64,000 nucleotides of DNA from Geosiphon pyriformis uo1 (GCA_016748015.1 JAAOMT010000659.1:809222-873221), one strand, 5' to 3'; positions 1 through 15,761 are shown, counted from the first letter of the stretch. Translations and numbers: made by a program. Notes: generated by a model not told the origin, from the letters alone.

Positions 1-86
1 TATGTTGAGGATTAAAGTGCAATTTTTAAGACGAAACTTTTCCGCTTTTCGAACATTCTATTCAACCCTTTACTTATATTTAATAG

Positions 87-1593
87 GGTGTGGAAGAAGA
101 TATACGTGTTGAAGTATGGAAGTTCTTTCTTGGTGTTTTTCCATGGGAATCCAGCCAAGTAGAAAGGGAAAATATTTTTGCTGCGAAATCGTTACGTATC
201 AAACCCTGTTTAAAATTTCACCCGACGTGATATTCAACAACCTCAATTAATGTGTTATTTTCACTTAGCCAAGAATATTGGACTCTTAAGCGTGAATGGT
301 GGGATTCAACCGACGTACAAGATGATGCTGATTTCCAAGAACAAAAAAATAGAATAGGTTAAATTTCCCCTTAGTCTTCTCTCAAACTATGTTGATTATT
401 TGCATTTTGGATCTGATCAAATTTGAATTCTATATAGAAAAGGATGTGATCCGTACCGATCGAACTGTACCTTTTTTCAAGCATGAGGATATACCTCATC
501 CCGATCCTTTGTCATCATCTTCGCCGCTCACCAATAAAAATTTAGAATTGATGAAGGATATCCTAATGACATATAATTTTTACAATAAAAACCTCGGTAA
601 GGATTTTTCACATTCAAATTTTAATTTTCACATTGGCTTATTTTAATTGAACCCATAAAAATCTAAACATTGATTTATCTCTAAAGGTTATGTTCAAGGA
701 ATGAGCGATTTGTTGGCACCAATTTTCGTCATTATGGGCGATGAAGTAGCAGCGTTTTGGGCATTTACGGGTTTCATGGACCGAATGGTGAGATTTCATT
801 TTTATCTTCCTTAATTTATGAGTCGTATTATTGGTTTTCGAGTGTCAACTCTTTTTCTTGTAAAATCAATTTATAGAAGTCAAATTTTTATCGGGATCAA
901 TCAGGAATGCGGCGACAATTGTTGACTCTAGATCATTTGATTCAGTTTATGGATCCAAAGCTGTATAAACATCTCCGTAAGGCTTTTTATACTTCTCTTC
1001 CCGATCAATCACACTTGATAACTATAATTGATCATTTTATAGAAAGGACGGAATCTTTAAATCTTTTCTGTTGCTTCCGCTGGCTTATTATATGGTTCAA
1101 GCGGGAGTTTAAGTGGGATGAAGTGACATCTCTTTGGGAAGTTCTTTGGTCTGACCATCTGACGGGACAATTCCATCTTTTTTTTGCATTGGCTATTCTT
1201 GATAAACATCGTCAGGTTATCATGGATTACTTAACTAATTTTGACGAGATATTAAAGGTCAGTTGATCAATTTTTCATTGGTATTTTCGTAAGCTATAAT
1301 TAAAATTCGTTGTTTTTCCATTTTAGTACATCAATGATCTTTCCATGACTATTCAGCTGGAGGAAACTTTGCAGCGTGCAGAAACATTGTATTATCAGTA
1401 TCAACGAATGGTTGAAGCTGTTGATCGCAAGCGCCTAGAATTGGAAAAATCCTCGGATAACCAAAATGAAGATGGCCCAAGAATGAGGAAGGGGAAAGAA
1501 ATTGGGGAGGATGGTTCCTCGGAAGCCTCAAGATTGCCAGTAATAACAGATTTACTCAGGGGCTTGTTGAGCAAAGAGTATCTCAAAGAGTAG
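87..1593 (+). CDS. GYP7: TBC-domain Rab GTPase-activating protein, Gyp7/TBC1D15-like (multi-exon, 5' end outside window)
   Basis: Spliced exons give GVEEDIRVEVWKFFLG, EKDVIRTDR (IxxDxxR), GYVQGMSDLLAP (YxQ) and LFCCFRWLIIWFKREF; GT-AG introns; stop TAG at 1591-1593. Confidence 0.88.
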
Positions 1594-1935
1594 GCCAAAC
1601 ATTTTTGAGAGCCGTATAGCTTTGACCAACTAATTTTTCCGTAATAACTAATCCATCACTACAGCAAACTGTGATTCATAATTTCATTAAATCGAGATGT
1701 TTGGGTTTAAAACATTGACGAACACTTAATGAAACGGTGTAATTCCTTGATTCGTCTAAAGATTTAGATTCGAGCGAACTTATTTTGATTTTATTTCTTG
1801 TATATTTGTATATTCTTTTTTGGTTATTTGTATTGTTTTCAAACCTCGATCTCTAACAGCCGAACAATAAGCTTTAATTCTTAAATTTTTGATATTTATA
1901 AAAATATGTCTATCAAAGAAAGTTTTGTTGAACAT

Positions 1936-3247
1936 CTACTCTAATTTAAGAGTTCTTTCAGCAATTTTGATGAGATCAGAAAAGATACCGAAGGCTGTAA
2001 CGGCGGCACCAGCCCCAGAGCCCTGAATAATAAGTGGATTAGGGAAGCGTCGCGTCGTAAAGGCGATTATATTATCACTTTCTTTCAAAGAGGCAAATGA
2101 GTGATTGAAAGGTAGGCTGATATTGATACATGGATTAGATGGCCATAACGCGCAAAAATTTAGCCTTTTAAGAAGCACAACGAAAATCACCTACCGAACC
2201 AAGCTGACAGAACTTTTTCCATTTACTGGATCGACTACTCCAACATATCTCAAGACTTCTTTGTTATTAAGGGCTGTTTGATTAAGTTCCTCAAAATGAT
2301 GGTCAAACTCAGATAATTTTTTTAAAAATTCTTCGGATGAGGGTACAGCACGTAAATCTTCAGGAACGATATTCTCTACTGGTAAATTTTCAACTGTCAG
2401 ATCTAAACCAGCAAGACGGCCGAGGATGACAACCTAAGAAGTATAATTATATAAAAATCGAATTTCACATTTTATGAAATATACACGCATACCTTTCGGG
2501 CGACATCTAATCCATTCAAATCATCGCGAGGGTCAGGCTCCTAAAAGCAATTATAAATCTACAACTACTCAAAACTCTGAAATCGATGTGAAATCTAAAT
2601 GTGATTACCGTGTACCCATTGGCTTTGGCTACTTTAACGACATCTGAAAATTTTACTGGATCTTTTGTTTTATCAGCATTTGCTGATGAGAAATTGTTAA
2701 ATAAATAGCTCAAAGTGCCCGAGAATATTCCTTCGATCTTGATCACTTCATCCCCTGTCTGAATTAAATCATTTAAGGTATTCAAAACAGGTAATCCAGC
2801 ACCGACAGTACTTTCATGGTAAATTAATTTATGATTGTTTTTTGCTTCTGCCAATATCTCTTTGTAAAGCTTTAATTGGCCAGAGAAAGCCTTTTTATTT
2901 GGTGTGACGATATGAAGACCTTTTCTCAGGAAAGCCGGATATTGGTCGGCAACATCTTGACTAGCAGTGTTATCAACTAATACAGCGGGTTCGGGACTAT
3001 GAGAGAGATATTCAGCAAAGCCGTCTAGATTCACTGGCACACCTTGAGCTTGCAAGTTAGTATTCCATGAAGAAAGGTCTAACGGGGTATAAGCTCCAGT
3101 GCTTAGGAGTTGTTGTCTTCCGTTGGCCAAAGCCACGACTTTAAACTTTCGGGATTGAGAGCTGTCTGTACGATTGGAATGAACCAACAATTGTGATATT
3201 AATTCAGAACCAACAAGACCCACTCCGACTATACCAATGGTTACCAT
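1936..3247 (-). CDS. HOM6: Homoserine dehydrogenase (multi-exon)
   Basis: N-terminal GVGLVG Rossmann motif, VTPNKKA, ESTVGAGLPV, GIFSGTLSY, C-terminal GSGAGAAVTAFGIFSD. Confidence 0.95.
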
Positions 3248-4393
3248 TTTAAGAAAATTTTTTAAAGATTATCGGTTCTTGAATTTTCAAATAAATCACA
3301 TTAGGAAAAAATTGATCTTCTGAATATCAGTAAATAATAGATCAATTTATCTGATCAAAGTTAATCAAGCAATATACACTAGATAAAAAATGGTAACTTA
3401 TTGGAGTCACAATCGTGCTGTATTACTTCTAGTGCTGAGATTATCGGTACTGTTAACATTTACAGTTTTGCACCACATCAGAGCACTGCTTTGTACACTT
3501 GTTTAAAAAAAGGGGTTAAAAGGTAAAAAAAGAGACCCTAAGAAATATTCGACAGTCAATTTCAAAGGCATTTATTGCCATTATGCGGGCTTGTATCTAC
3601 AAATCTTACATATCCACCAAATAATGCATTGAAAACTAGCCGCGGGGCCTAGTTTGCATTGTTGCCGTTCGGTAATTCTATTGTCATATGTAAATGTTTC
3701 CTTTTTTTCACTGCTGTAACTAGCTTTACCGTTAAATTAAGTTCGGGCTTACCACTCGTCTCTCTTCTTTCCCAACTACCGATAATTAGTAGCACTGTGC
3801 CCCCATTCTTTTTCACAAATTTGATAACAGATAACCCCATTTTCCACTAGCATTTCGTTCTCAAAAGTTCTTTTTTTAATAACATTAAAGTTTTAATTCA
3901 CCTTTCCTCTCATATTTATTCTTTTCGAACTTTCACCATCTATTTCTCACCTTTTTTCCCCTTGCTTTAAACTAAACCGAGTTGAGTTTCTCTGAACACT
4001 AAAAATCTAGGCAAAGGTTGATTTGTATCATTTATAACATATCACTTTCATTTTTTAAATGCTCCCTACGGCCGAAACTTTTATATAATATTCCTATTAA
4101 GGTCGCAAGACTAAAACATTTAAATATATGCAAAGGAAAAAGTAAAAACAACTTAGACTTTTCCAAAACATTTTTTTCGCAGTTGGGTTCTTTCTTTTTC
4201 ACTGCCCATCTTGCGTACTCTGACTACTTTTTGTAAAACTTTATTGTAAAGTATAGAATAGAGTATTTGTATTATACACTATATTTAACATAGAAGGCTT
4301 TGGACAACTTATTTCTTCCGTTGGGTTTAAAATTCTGCAAGCAAATCGCATTTTATTTCTGCATTAGCTCCTCAAAGTTTTCATATACAATCA

Positions 4394-6729
4394 ATGGCAG
4401 TGTCGGTTGTAAACTATCAAAATGGCACAAAACTGGCAGCGTTTGAATATGACGACGAAAATGTGTCACTGGTAAATTTTTTACCAGCACACTCTCAACC
4501 TGCTCTGCCTCGACTTCCAACGTATGAAACAACAATAGGGCAACAGACAGCAGGAACTGTCGGGAAACCAACACTTCACCGTTCCATGTCACTAGGGAAT
4601 AGACTTCCTGGCGGTAACAGTGTTAGCCGGCATAGCATGTATCACGGCGATGTTCCGAATACTTTACGACAACAGTCTTCGCAATTCCAGCAAAACCAAA
4701 ACGTGCAACCCTCCTCGTCGAGAGGTATGACGGGGATTAATAATAATAGTACTAATAATAGTAAAATGAGAAGAAGAGCGTCTAGCTATACCAATAATTC
4801 TCGATCTAAGCAGCCATCAAGTCAAATGCGTAATAGACAAAGTTCCGAGATCCAAATCCCTCAGATCTTCGAAGAAATTTACATAATGCCTCAAAAAAGT
4901 GAACCATCACAAAAGATTGAAACTTTCACTGCCATAGCATCACAGCAAGCTCTTCAGACAGAACAACAAGCCTTAATAAAACTCACGAAAGAACCCGTTT
5001 CACCTCAAGCAGGATCAGAGGGAAGGATTGAAGAAAAAAATCGGTCAAAAGATCAACAGAAACCAAAATTGCGACAACAATCGTCAGAGAAGCACCAAAA
5101 CAAAAATCATCATCGTGGAAGGTCTTCAGAGAATGCTAAAAATAATAATAATAATAATAATAATAATTACAACAACAACAACAACAATAATAATAATAAT
5201 AATAATAGCAATAGCAAAGAGGATATAAACTCAAATAATCTTACAAGACAAACTGGTGAACAACCCCGTTCTTCAGCGTCTTCTAATCGATTTATTCGCG
5301 GTTCTGGAAATGGATCTTCGAATGATCTACGAAAATCGATTTTCAAAGAAAAGGAACAAATATCTTTTAAAACTCGGATTCGGCGTGTTTTTAGCTTAAG
5401 TAATTTACGACGAGATAGTAACAACAACAATTTATCACCTCCTTCAACTAATTCGGACTCATCTGTCAATTTATACCCTGGTAATTCATCTAAACGAGAA
5501 AAAGCTGATAGACGCCGCAGCGATAATAACATACATGGAAATAAAAAGAAAAGTAATAGCGATAACAATCGTTCCTTTGAACTGGATCAGAATGATAAAG
5601 ATGGTTCTCGTCCTCCTTTGATTGTATTAAATAATGGTCCCTTCAATGGCCAACCTGATAGGCGAAGATTCAATACTACACCATCGTCAACGACTTCCCG
5701 CCGTCGAACTCTTATCGATATTCAATCCTTGTTTGTTAAAAATGATAAAAAGCTCGATAGATCATCAGAACAATTACCATCATTGCAAAGAGGAACATCG
5801 CCTATATCTTCAGACCAACGAAATAGGAAAGCGGCAGCTGATGTTCGAAAGAAAAACCGATATTCTGTGGATGATATCAAAAATTTGTCCTCTACCAATC
5901 CTATCAAAATTTTTGAGGAACCAAAAAATGAGATTATTTTGGGAGTTGAATCATCATATGAAAAGGAGACCAGAGGGAGCATTCAAGGTATTTTATCAAA
6001 ATTGTTCTAACTTAATTTGATAACATTACTTAACAAAGAGTTTGTTAATTTCAACCAGAAATTGGAATACCCCCAAGATCATCTTCGATTCCAAAATCTA
6101 TAGAGTATAATTATAATCAATCGTTGTCATCACAGCAACAGCAACAGCAACAGCAACAATATCAGTTACAGAAAACACAACCTGTTTATCCCCAACTCCA
6201 AGATAATCATGAATATTTCTCAGATGCTTTGGATGAATCGGAAGATGCTGATTATCAAGAGGCAAGGTTACAAAAAACGTTTTCCCTTCCACCACCACCA
6301 CCACCACCAAACCAGCCTCAGATATTCACGCTCAAACGTATCAGCCTTCCTACCCCTGTTTCAATCATTAAAAATAACGTCTTGAACAGCTCTCCCGAAT
6401 ATGAAGAATCTAATACTGCATCCAGTAGTCCTTATTCAAATCGCTTGTCACAAGCCTCACAGTCGGTGCCATCTCTAGCGGCTATAAGAGATACCGATGT
6501 TATACCTTCCCCATCCACTCCTTCCCTCAAGAAACTTCAATTTTCTTCTACCATACTTATACATGAAACCTGGACACGGGAAGACTACGATCGTCGAGGT
6601 GATCAAACTACCTGCAACAAATTGACCCCACTTCTTGCACAACGAATCAAACAGGAATTGAATGAATATAAATCGGGTGAGATGCCCATACATGAAGAGA
6701 GTAGGAAGAATACACATTTCTTTCCGTAA
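4394..6729 (+). CDS. Low-complexity protein with C-terminal Bni4/Phactr-type PP1-binding domain (intron ~5988-6058)
   Basis: C-terminus KKLQFSSTILIHETWTREDYDRRGDQTTCNKLTPLLAQRIKQELNEYKSGEMPIHEESRKNTHFFP matches the Bni4/Phactr C-terminal pattern, including an RVxF-like KKLQF; the two ORFs join in frame across a GT-AG intron. Confidence 0.75.
5141..5207 (+). repeat. (AAT)n/(AAC)n coding microsatellite (poly-Asn)
   Basis: Direct trinucleotide runs inside the 4394 ORF. Confidence 0.95.
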
Positions 6730-7694
6730 TATAGTCTCAGGTGCTTTAAAGATTTCGAAGGACGCAATATTATGAATCGAAAAGAGTGGTAAAAGGAACA
6801 ATGGATTAAATACTGTATCATATTTTGTATTTAATGGTGATATTGGAGCATCTGGATATAAACAGACTCTGGCAAAATAAGGCTTGAAATAGCTTAAATA
6901 TATTTTTTTCTAATGTAGATAAAATCCGTTTTTCCTCTACAATACCCTGAACAAACACCTTTTTCGAGAGCAAAGCATAGTACATTTTAATTTACCTTTT
7001 TTTGTCTACTGTATATTAATTATAGCGGCCCTCATTATTTTTTCTCTCTTTGGCATTATGCCAATTCTCCAGCTCCGAATCCGAATCAATTTAAATCGGA
7101 TACTTGGACAAAGAAGTAAAAGACGATCTATAAACAAAAAAGTAATGAACGTGAAAAGGAATTCATGTTTATCATACACTAGTTTTCAATATTATATATA
7201 AAAATTTGTTAGATAAAAACTTACTATTTCCAATTGATTATAGGGTGCAAGTGTGGGATAGGAAAGGTTGCTTGGTTTTCTACTTGACAGTTGGAGACGT
7301 ATACAGATTTTTGGGGAACGAAATATTTTAAGTCCAAAACTTGATGGGAAAATGTATCAACCAAGAAAATTATGAGACCAATCTTTTTTGTTCTTGGGTG
7401 CTTTAGAAAATCCGATTGCTTTTTTGAGGTTTCAGGTGGAGTATTTCATCTTGGTGAAAATGCATTAAAAAATAAATCAATAGTCTCACGAAATAATATT
7501 GCAAATCTGGGCATAATATTATTACGAATTTTAATATTATTCTAGAAAGCATCTAATAATGATAAACTAATATTTATATTTAAAGCGTTTCTTGTCTACA
7601 ATAGATTATTGAAATCGAACTCCTGTAGTTTCTTAAGGTATCTCGCTTTTCCATTGGGGTCATATAGCCATAACTGAAATGATTTTAAACTTGC

Positions 7695-10600
7695 CTAAGT
7701 ACATTGATTGGTGTACTCTACTTTCTTCCAGTCTTTCGTGTCAGTATCTCGAACCAATTCTACGGTCGGCCTAGAAAAATCAAGACCAAGTAAGTTTAAC
7801 TGAGTCAAAACAGAATCGAATCAAAAAGATAAATAGATATACCAGTAATGATAGCAAGTCTTGATCGCCAATACCATTGGTATCATGTCAAAACTAATAA
7901 TTTTAATACGGACATAGGTATTGTCAGGGCAATTCCGGACTGCTGCCACAAAAGAATCTAAATCGGGTGTAGGGATTCCATTGACATGAGTTCTAAAAAA
8001 TTTGTGAAAGATAATCATTAATAACGAAAAAAAGAGATAAAGTTAAAGTTGTCCGATAACTTACATCCACATAGTTGGAACCTTTAATAATAGTTAAATG
8101 GCAAAATAAGTCTCTGTTCAATTCAATAAATTAAAATACCAAACAGAAAATTCCAACTACAAACCATTCCATACATATATGAAGGTGAACCTTTACTGCG
8201 AGCCGAAATATAAACTCGAGAAGGTAATGATTTCGATTGCTGCAAGACAGCTTTATGCGGTTCTGTTAAAAAATATAGGGTTTTGTCTGATGTTAATCCC
8301 GGCGCTTCTGGAAGTATTTCATGAGGAAATGTGTCATTAATTGGTTTTTAACCTTGAATCGCGGCTCCTGCCCAGATGACTACTCTGCTTGTCCCGTTGC
8401 CAGAAATAGGAATTGTAGGTACCTTGAGCGTCATCTCGACTTTTTGTCGCAAAAGGGTCTATGATATCAAAATGATAAGCTTTTCCAAATAAACTAGCCA
8501 TTTTGCGACTTATAAAATGAACACTCACAATTTCAAGTTCTTTATTAAAATACTGAACATCCATCTCGTACATTCTTGTAATGGTGTTGCCATTGACAGC
8601 CAAAATAAGATCTAGTTCTTTCAGAACATTGGCACTCTCACTGCCCGTCTCAGTCCGTCGAATTAAGAAGAGCTGATGCCTATTTGGATTGGCATCTTCT
8701 ACTTTACGTACCCATTCATCCGTTAACCCCATATGTCGAGCTTGAGCAATTTGTACAGGCATCAACTCAATATTTAAAAATCGCAAATTTGGAGTTTCTC
8801 CTTTCTGTAAAGCTTCAAGAACCGGAAAGATAGTGTGTATGTGCAAACCGAGATGATATTCGTTATCGTGCCCAGACATATTGCGTTCTCCAAGATAAGA
8901 GAGCCACAAAGCCTGAACGTCCCCATTCGAATCAGCGAGAACTCCACTTGAGCACTGCTGTGCAAGTGGTGTATCAATGGTTATAGCATCCAAATTGATG
9001 CTCCTAGAAAAGTAAATTGGATGTTAATAAGGTGTTGGTACTATAAAACCATCAAAACTTATAGTCAATAATTTTAACCACAATCAAGTGCTACAGTTTG
9101 CTCAATATTTACCGAAATCTTGGAGTAGCATTTTGAGGTATAGTAACGCTTGTAATATCCGTGACTACTGTTTCTGAGCACACAATTCGATGATTATGAT
9201 TAAATGCAACCAGGGTAACTTTATGGCCTTGCAATAAAGAGCGTTTACTCAATAAAGCACTCTTCACTGGTGTTTCACCAATTAAAGAAGGATCGTAGGA
9301 TACAAAGGCAAAGTTATGGGTAGGATGCAAATATTCTACTTTGCCAGGAATAATGATGGAGTCGGCAAAGGTAATAGAGATATCACCCATTGATAATGGA
9401 ATAATACTTCGGGAGACTACTATTAAACCTTTTTCTGCATCAACAACGAGGCCAGCACCTTGTTTCTGATATTGTATATGCGCTGTTATGTTAGAATAAA
9501 ACACATTTCACAAGTTCCTTCGTGCGACCACCAAATTGATAACTAAAAGACACATCATGATACGAAAAACTTACTCTACTTTTTGGAAATCCATCGATTC
9601 GGCATGGCATATAGTAACTGACTTTCACCAAAGAGGCTATCAGATCTTTTGAAGATCCCAGAGACTCATCCATTTCAATGAATCTCGCAGTAGCAGGCTT
9701 CAATAGCTTGGGAGGAGGGGGATGCCGTAGATCTGTAAAATCCCATAAGCCGGTCACATCTTAGATATATACAAAGATAATGAATTGATCACGGGTAAAT
9801 TAGGAGTTTTTAAAAATGATTATCGCGTAGGAATACAAACTTAACATACCATTTCGTACCGCCAATCTAAATCTAGACCAATGTCTTTCGACCTGTACAA
9901 CAGCCACACTTGTGGTGTGGATATCAGCAATAGAGTAATACACGACTGGTATTCGTTCTCGGTCAGGAATATCTTTAATAGCATCGATGAATGCTTGCAA
10001 ATTTGGGGTTGGTTTATTATCTACAGAGGCAATTATCCAGCCGTGATCGGGCCCATCCAAACGGAACATGCCGGCAGGCTCAGCCACGTATACGCCGCCA
10101 ACTGGGACACAGTAAGATCGCGCCAGTTGATATGAAAGCTCGTTTAATTTGGCCCCGCCAATTTCTACATAACGATCAGGTGTTCTTAATTGAATAAAAA
10201 TTCGGTCAGTCGATAAAAATTGGCAAAGTAAGAAAAATTTGGAAAATTATAAAGCAAGGTGAATTACATGGAGTGGAGGTTTTGAACTGTGACTTTAAAG
10301 ACTTTAGGTGTACCTCCTCTTTCAATCATTATTTCAATTTCTCGCCCTACATGCGAATCTAATAAATCATCTAATGGTACAAATTTTGTAATGTATTGTT
10401 CGTTTATTTTTATCAGTATATCGCCTTCTTCCATGAAGAGCGATGCTGGCCCTTTTGGTACAACAGTTTCGGCTACTAGCATTCCAATTTCATCAGGAAA
10501 CAACCTCCGAATTTCTGCCTCAGTTTCTGTTTGTAGCCCAAGACGACGCGTTTCATCAAAAGGTTTATGTCTAAATACAAAAGATGATCGAGATTTCAAT

Positions 10601-12000
10601 TGAGAAATTCCAAGTTTTAATAGCATATTTTATGATGAAAAATACTTGCAAAAACTGGACTTGAATAGTCCCTCGTGAAACAAGTTCACCCCTTTGAATA
10701 TATGATAAAGCACGAGATATCCTATCCAAAGGCAAAAAGAAATCAGTTGCGGATTTAGTGTGCCCACCTGATATAAAATATGGTCAAGGTTATTTAGAAT
10801 GAATTCAGACATTGAAAATTTTCAAGAATTTCAAGAGTTTCTAACCAGCTTGCAATCCTACAGCGTTGCCATTTATATCAATAACAGGACTTCCCGAACT
10901 ACCCCCACTAGTGCTTGAGGCTGCTTGCCTAGAGAAATTCGAAAAGTAGTGGTCAATATAAGAGTGAAAGCATAATTTAATTTGAACCTAATATAAAAGG
11001 ATACTTACAGATAAAAAGTGCTAAATGACGAAAAGAGTATAATGCCGAAAATAATTTAATCGATTAAAACTTGCCATTTTACGCTTTTACTTTTTTGAAT
11101 CTAATTTTCACTCACTTGAAGTCGTTATAAGTCAGATCACCGTATTCAGGAGCGTTTCTGTCCAAGCGAGAAATCGATCCAGCTAAAATCGACAATTTCT
11201 CACCGGCGTCATTACCGACGACGCGTATATCAAGCCCGACCTTCACTAGATGCGGAGCCAGTGGAATATCAATGACCTGCATGTACTTCACTTCTTTTGG
11301 GTCGAATTTCAAGAACCTTTTAATCACAACGAAGTTTCTAGCACACGATATGACAAACGTATTAAAGAAACAATCTTGATGCAAATATAATAGTATAAGC
11401 ATACCCAAAATCGTGTATGGGATCCCTATATACTGGATAAACAGAGACCTCTTCATGATCATGACAAACCGCTTCACCAACAAATGGACCGGCGCAAACA
11501 ACATGCCTTTATAAATATAGGAAAATTAGCAGATCTTTAGAGGTTGACTATTATCTGTCGAGCTAATATTCAATCGCACCTGTTTGTTAAAATTATTCCT
11601 TGGTTTGCATCCACAATAAACCCCGAAGCCTCGGAAGTTTCGGGACCTGCAATTGAATTATATTAAATTTAAGCCTTCTATCTTTCCGAGAAAACCAGCA
11701 ACTCTCCAAACCAATTGAATGCGTGCCTTCTGTATCAAATGCTGCAACTTGACTGAAGCGAATGGAAACGATCGCGGTCACTGCCTTTTCTATAGTATCT
11801 TGCCAAGGTGGAGGTTGCATAGCCGAAAATGATGTGCTTGCAACCGTCTCCTCAAGCTGCTTGTCGCCAATTTCTTGTCTTTTTACACTTTGTAGGATTG
11901 TCAAAGAATTAGTTCTTCTACGTTTCTGTTGCCCACCCGTTCGAGGTGGCGGGGTAGTGTTGCCGTTACCCATCTGCACGTCTTCTGAATCAGCCTCCAT
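7695..12000 (-). CDS. NMA111: Pro-apoptotic HtrA-family serine protease Nma111/Ynm3 (many exons, including 12- and 17-nt micro-exons)
   Basis: [30 protein letters not shown], catalytic GGSSGSPV, duplicated protease-like and PDZ regions; ATG 12000-11998; last exon PTVELVRD...NQCT* ends at 7695. Confidence 0.93.
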
Positions 12001-13219
12001 TTTCAATCAAAGAATTACTACTAGGCGAGTAACTTTAGGCTGTAAGCGAATGTTTACGCAAATATAACTAAAAGTAAGGTGGCTCAAAGATCACACGAAA
12101 CTAAAGAGTGAGAATAGTAATCTAAAATATGACGACCAAGATGAAAGGTTGATCAGTAATAACTTTTCTGTGAATTTGATGCAACACGCTGAAAGGAGTA
12201 TCATTGAGTTTACACAAGCGAAGGGGATCTTATTTCGTAATTAATAAAGGCGATTAAATCCTGTAACGGTACTAAAACAGAAAAGCCTCATAAAAACTTC
12301 TAACTAAAGGGGTGTCGAATTATGACACACCATCATTATGCTAAAATGCTCTTAGATCAATGATAAAAAAAGATTTTGTCATTTGCTTTCAATTCTCACC
12401 AAATTTTCCCGAATACCTAGTCTGACATTAGTGACGGTAGATGAAATAATTGCACGATATGGCTGTGATAAATTGAATGCTTCAGTTAGATATGAAGAAA
12501 ACTTTTTAACAAGGCCGGCGGTTCCTTCGTTGAGGACGAGATTTCAAAATGGTAATGATTGAAAGGTTCACTTTATTAATCAAAGGCGAGAAATAGTTAA
12601 TTATCAATGTAATCTTTTGAGAATATCGGTAAGGAAACCTCATAGATGATTGTCGGTCAAAGGTTGATTTCAAGCTAAACTTTAATCACTCCAAACTTCA
12701 ACTTAATGTTTGAATGTCATCCGAGATTCACCCATACGAGATATGATTCATTTGGGTTATAAAACTTTATGGAATGCCTTTCCTTTCATAGTTCTAAATG
12801 TTTGATCTGAGCTTTCAATATTCGATCATGATATATCTCCGTTGGTTCAGGATGCAAATTTTCGGGCTTGTATACTCGGTGAAAGTTTCAACACGAATAG
12901 GATAATAGGCCAATAAAAAAAATTGAATACGCACTGTTGTAATAGTAAGATCCTAGCTATTAACTGATGGGAAGCTGAAGATTCTAAACCAACAACTAAG
13001 GATAAGCAATATTTCGATCGATAAAATAACTCGTCTAATTTTAAACTAAACCGCAGATTTGTTGAATTTGATTCTTAATCAATATAAAATTTTTCATTAT
13101 AAAAAAAATTAATTTAACACTAAGAACTTGCTTTTTTGCTTAGTTATTTAGGGAATTCGATCACAAAAGGGTCCCAGTCATTATTATAATTGAAAATCTC
13201 GAAAAAATAAGAGATCATA

Positions 13220-13723
13220 TCACCCTGATCTTTGAGGCTCAACATTTTTCTGTAGTGGCCGAATCATGTAGGTGTCAAAAATTAGAATTCAAGAAGCTTT
13301 AACCTTAGTAGGTAATAAGGGTCAAGAAGATTGCACTAACCAATTCTCCTTGTTTTCCTGCTTCCCACTTTGAAAACTTGAGTCCTTGCTCGTCACGTCG
13401 CTGTGCTAACACCCGAAGTTCTTCTTTTAATGAATTTCGAACGGCACGCGCACAGATTTGAGCATATTGGAGATAACTGAATTGTTCATCAACAGAGTAG
13501 TTTGTTAGCTGGAGGAATCAAGGTTCATATGAAAAGAGCAAAAATTTGGAGAAGTTCTTTAGGTTTCTCATGAAAAGAAACTTTTGTTATTAAAAGAATT
13601 GTTAAAGCCAATAAATTAATTGGCTAGAACATGACATTGCAGTATGTCGCAAATAGTCTTCTCTCTTCAATTATTATAAAATTAAGTTCACCTAATACCA
13701 GCGGTTTTCCAAGCGAAAGCCAT
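13220..13723 (-). CDS. ATP15: Mitochondrial F1 ATP synthase epsilon subunit (3 exons: 13723-13692, 13476-13341, 13249-13220)
   Basis: Spliced product MAFAWKTAGISYLQYAQICARAVRNSLKEELRVLAQRRDEQGLKFSKWEAGKQGELKNVEPQRSG has the epsilon signature W..AG.SY..Y..IcA.AVR..LK. The last exon choice is less certain. Confidence 0.9.
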
Positions 13724-13848
13724 CGAATTTTTTAAAAGTTTATGGACAACAACTGATATAATAAGAATAAAATCGGAATAGCTTAATTCCGATTCGATCA
13801 GTTAGCTAAAAAGAGATATTATGGTCACTGCATTTATACATAAAAATT

Positions 13849-15128
<1,280 letters not shown>

Positions 15129-15279
15129 AGCGAAATTTGAATCAGATTATTACCGATTTTTATTAGGAAATTCGATTTATGCGCATTCAAGAGTAATAAA
15201 GGCGAAACCACAACTACTCAAGCTCTTGGTCCTTTCTCCCCAAGAAATTTCTATATTCTATATCGCAAATTTTGTTTTT

Positions 15280-15761
15280 CTATGGACTCTGTGAAGACTT
15301 GAAATTCATTTCCAATACTTCCACATCCGTACCACGAATCACCACGCGATCATAGATACCAATTGGTGAATTCCAATTGTCGAATCGAAGTTTTCGTTCC
15401 ATGGCTTCAGTTCCTTGAAAACGTCCCTCAATGGTCGTACTTTTATATTAAAGTATGGAAATTATTACAAAACCTTCGACTTGTTCTAAATATATAAATT
15501 CGACCTAAACACAAGACAAGCTTACTTTTCATAAAGTCTCGCGATAGTCAAAGGTTTTTGACGCGACGCTTCTAACCAAAAAAGCAGAGTTCTTTGGCGC
15601 AGAGTTGCAAGAGTTTCTTGAAGTTCAGGTGTTAATTCTTGAGAATGTGAATTGTCAGTAACTCCGTTTTCAACCTTGTTTTTGTGCAATCTTATGTCAG
15701 GGTCTTGTATGTTGAGATATTTAGAAGTTTTTTGACTATTACTTGGGGTTGAAAAGTTCAT
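15280..15761 (-). CDS. Gemin7-like Sm-fold protein (2 exons: 15761-15526, 15439-15280)
   Basis: Spliced C-terminus LATLRQRTLLFWLEASRQKPLTIARLYENTTIEGRFQGTEAMERKLRFDNWNSPIGIYDRVVIRGTDVEVLEM follows the Gemin7 pattern LR.R.L...L.E.....F.....(T/S)PIG.....(L/I)R..D. Confidence 0.7.

Noticed and set aside
13477-13691. snoRNA in the long ATP15 intron
   Set aside because: No convincing C/D or H/ACA boxes found by eye.
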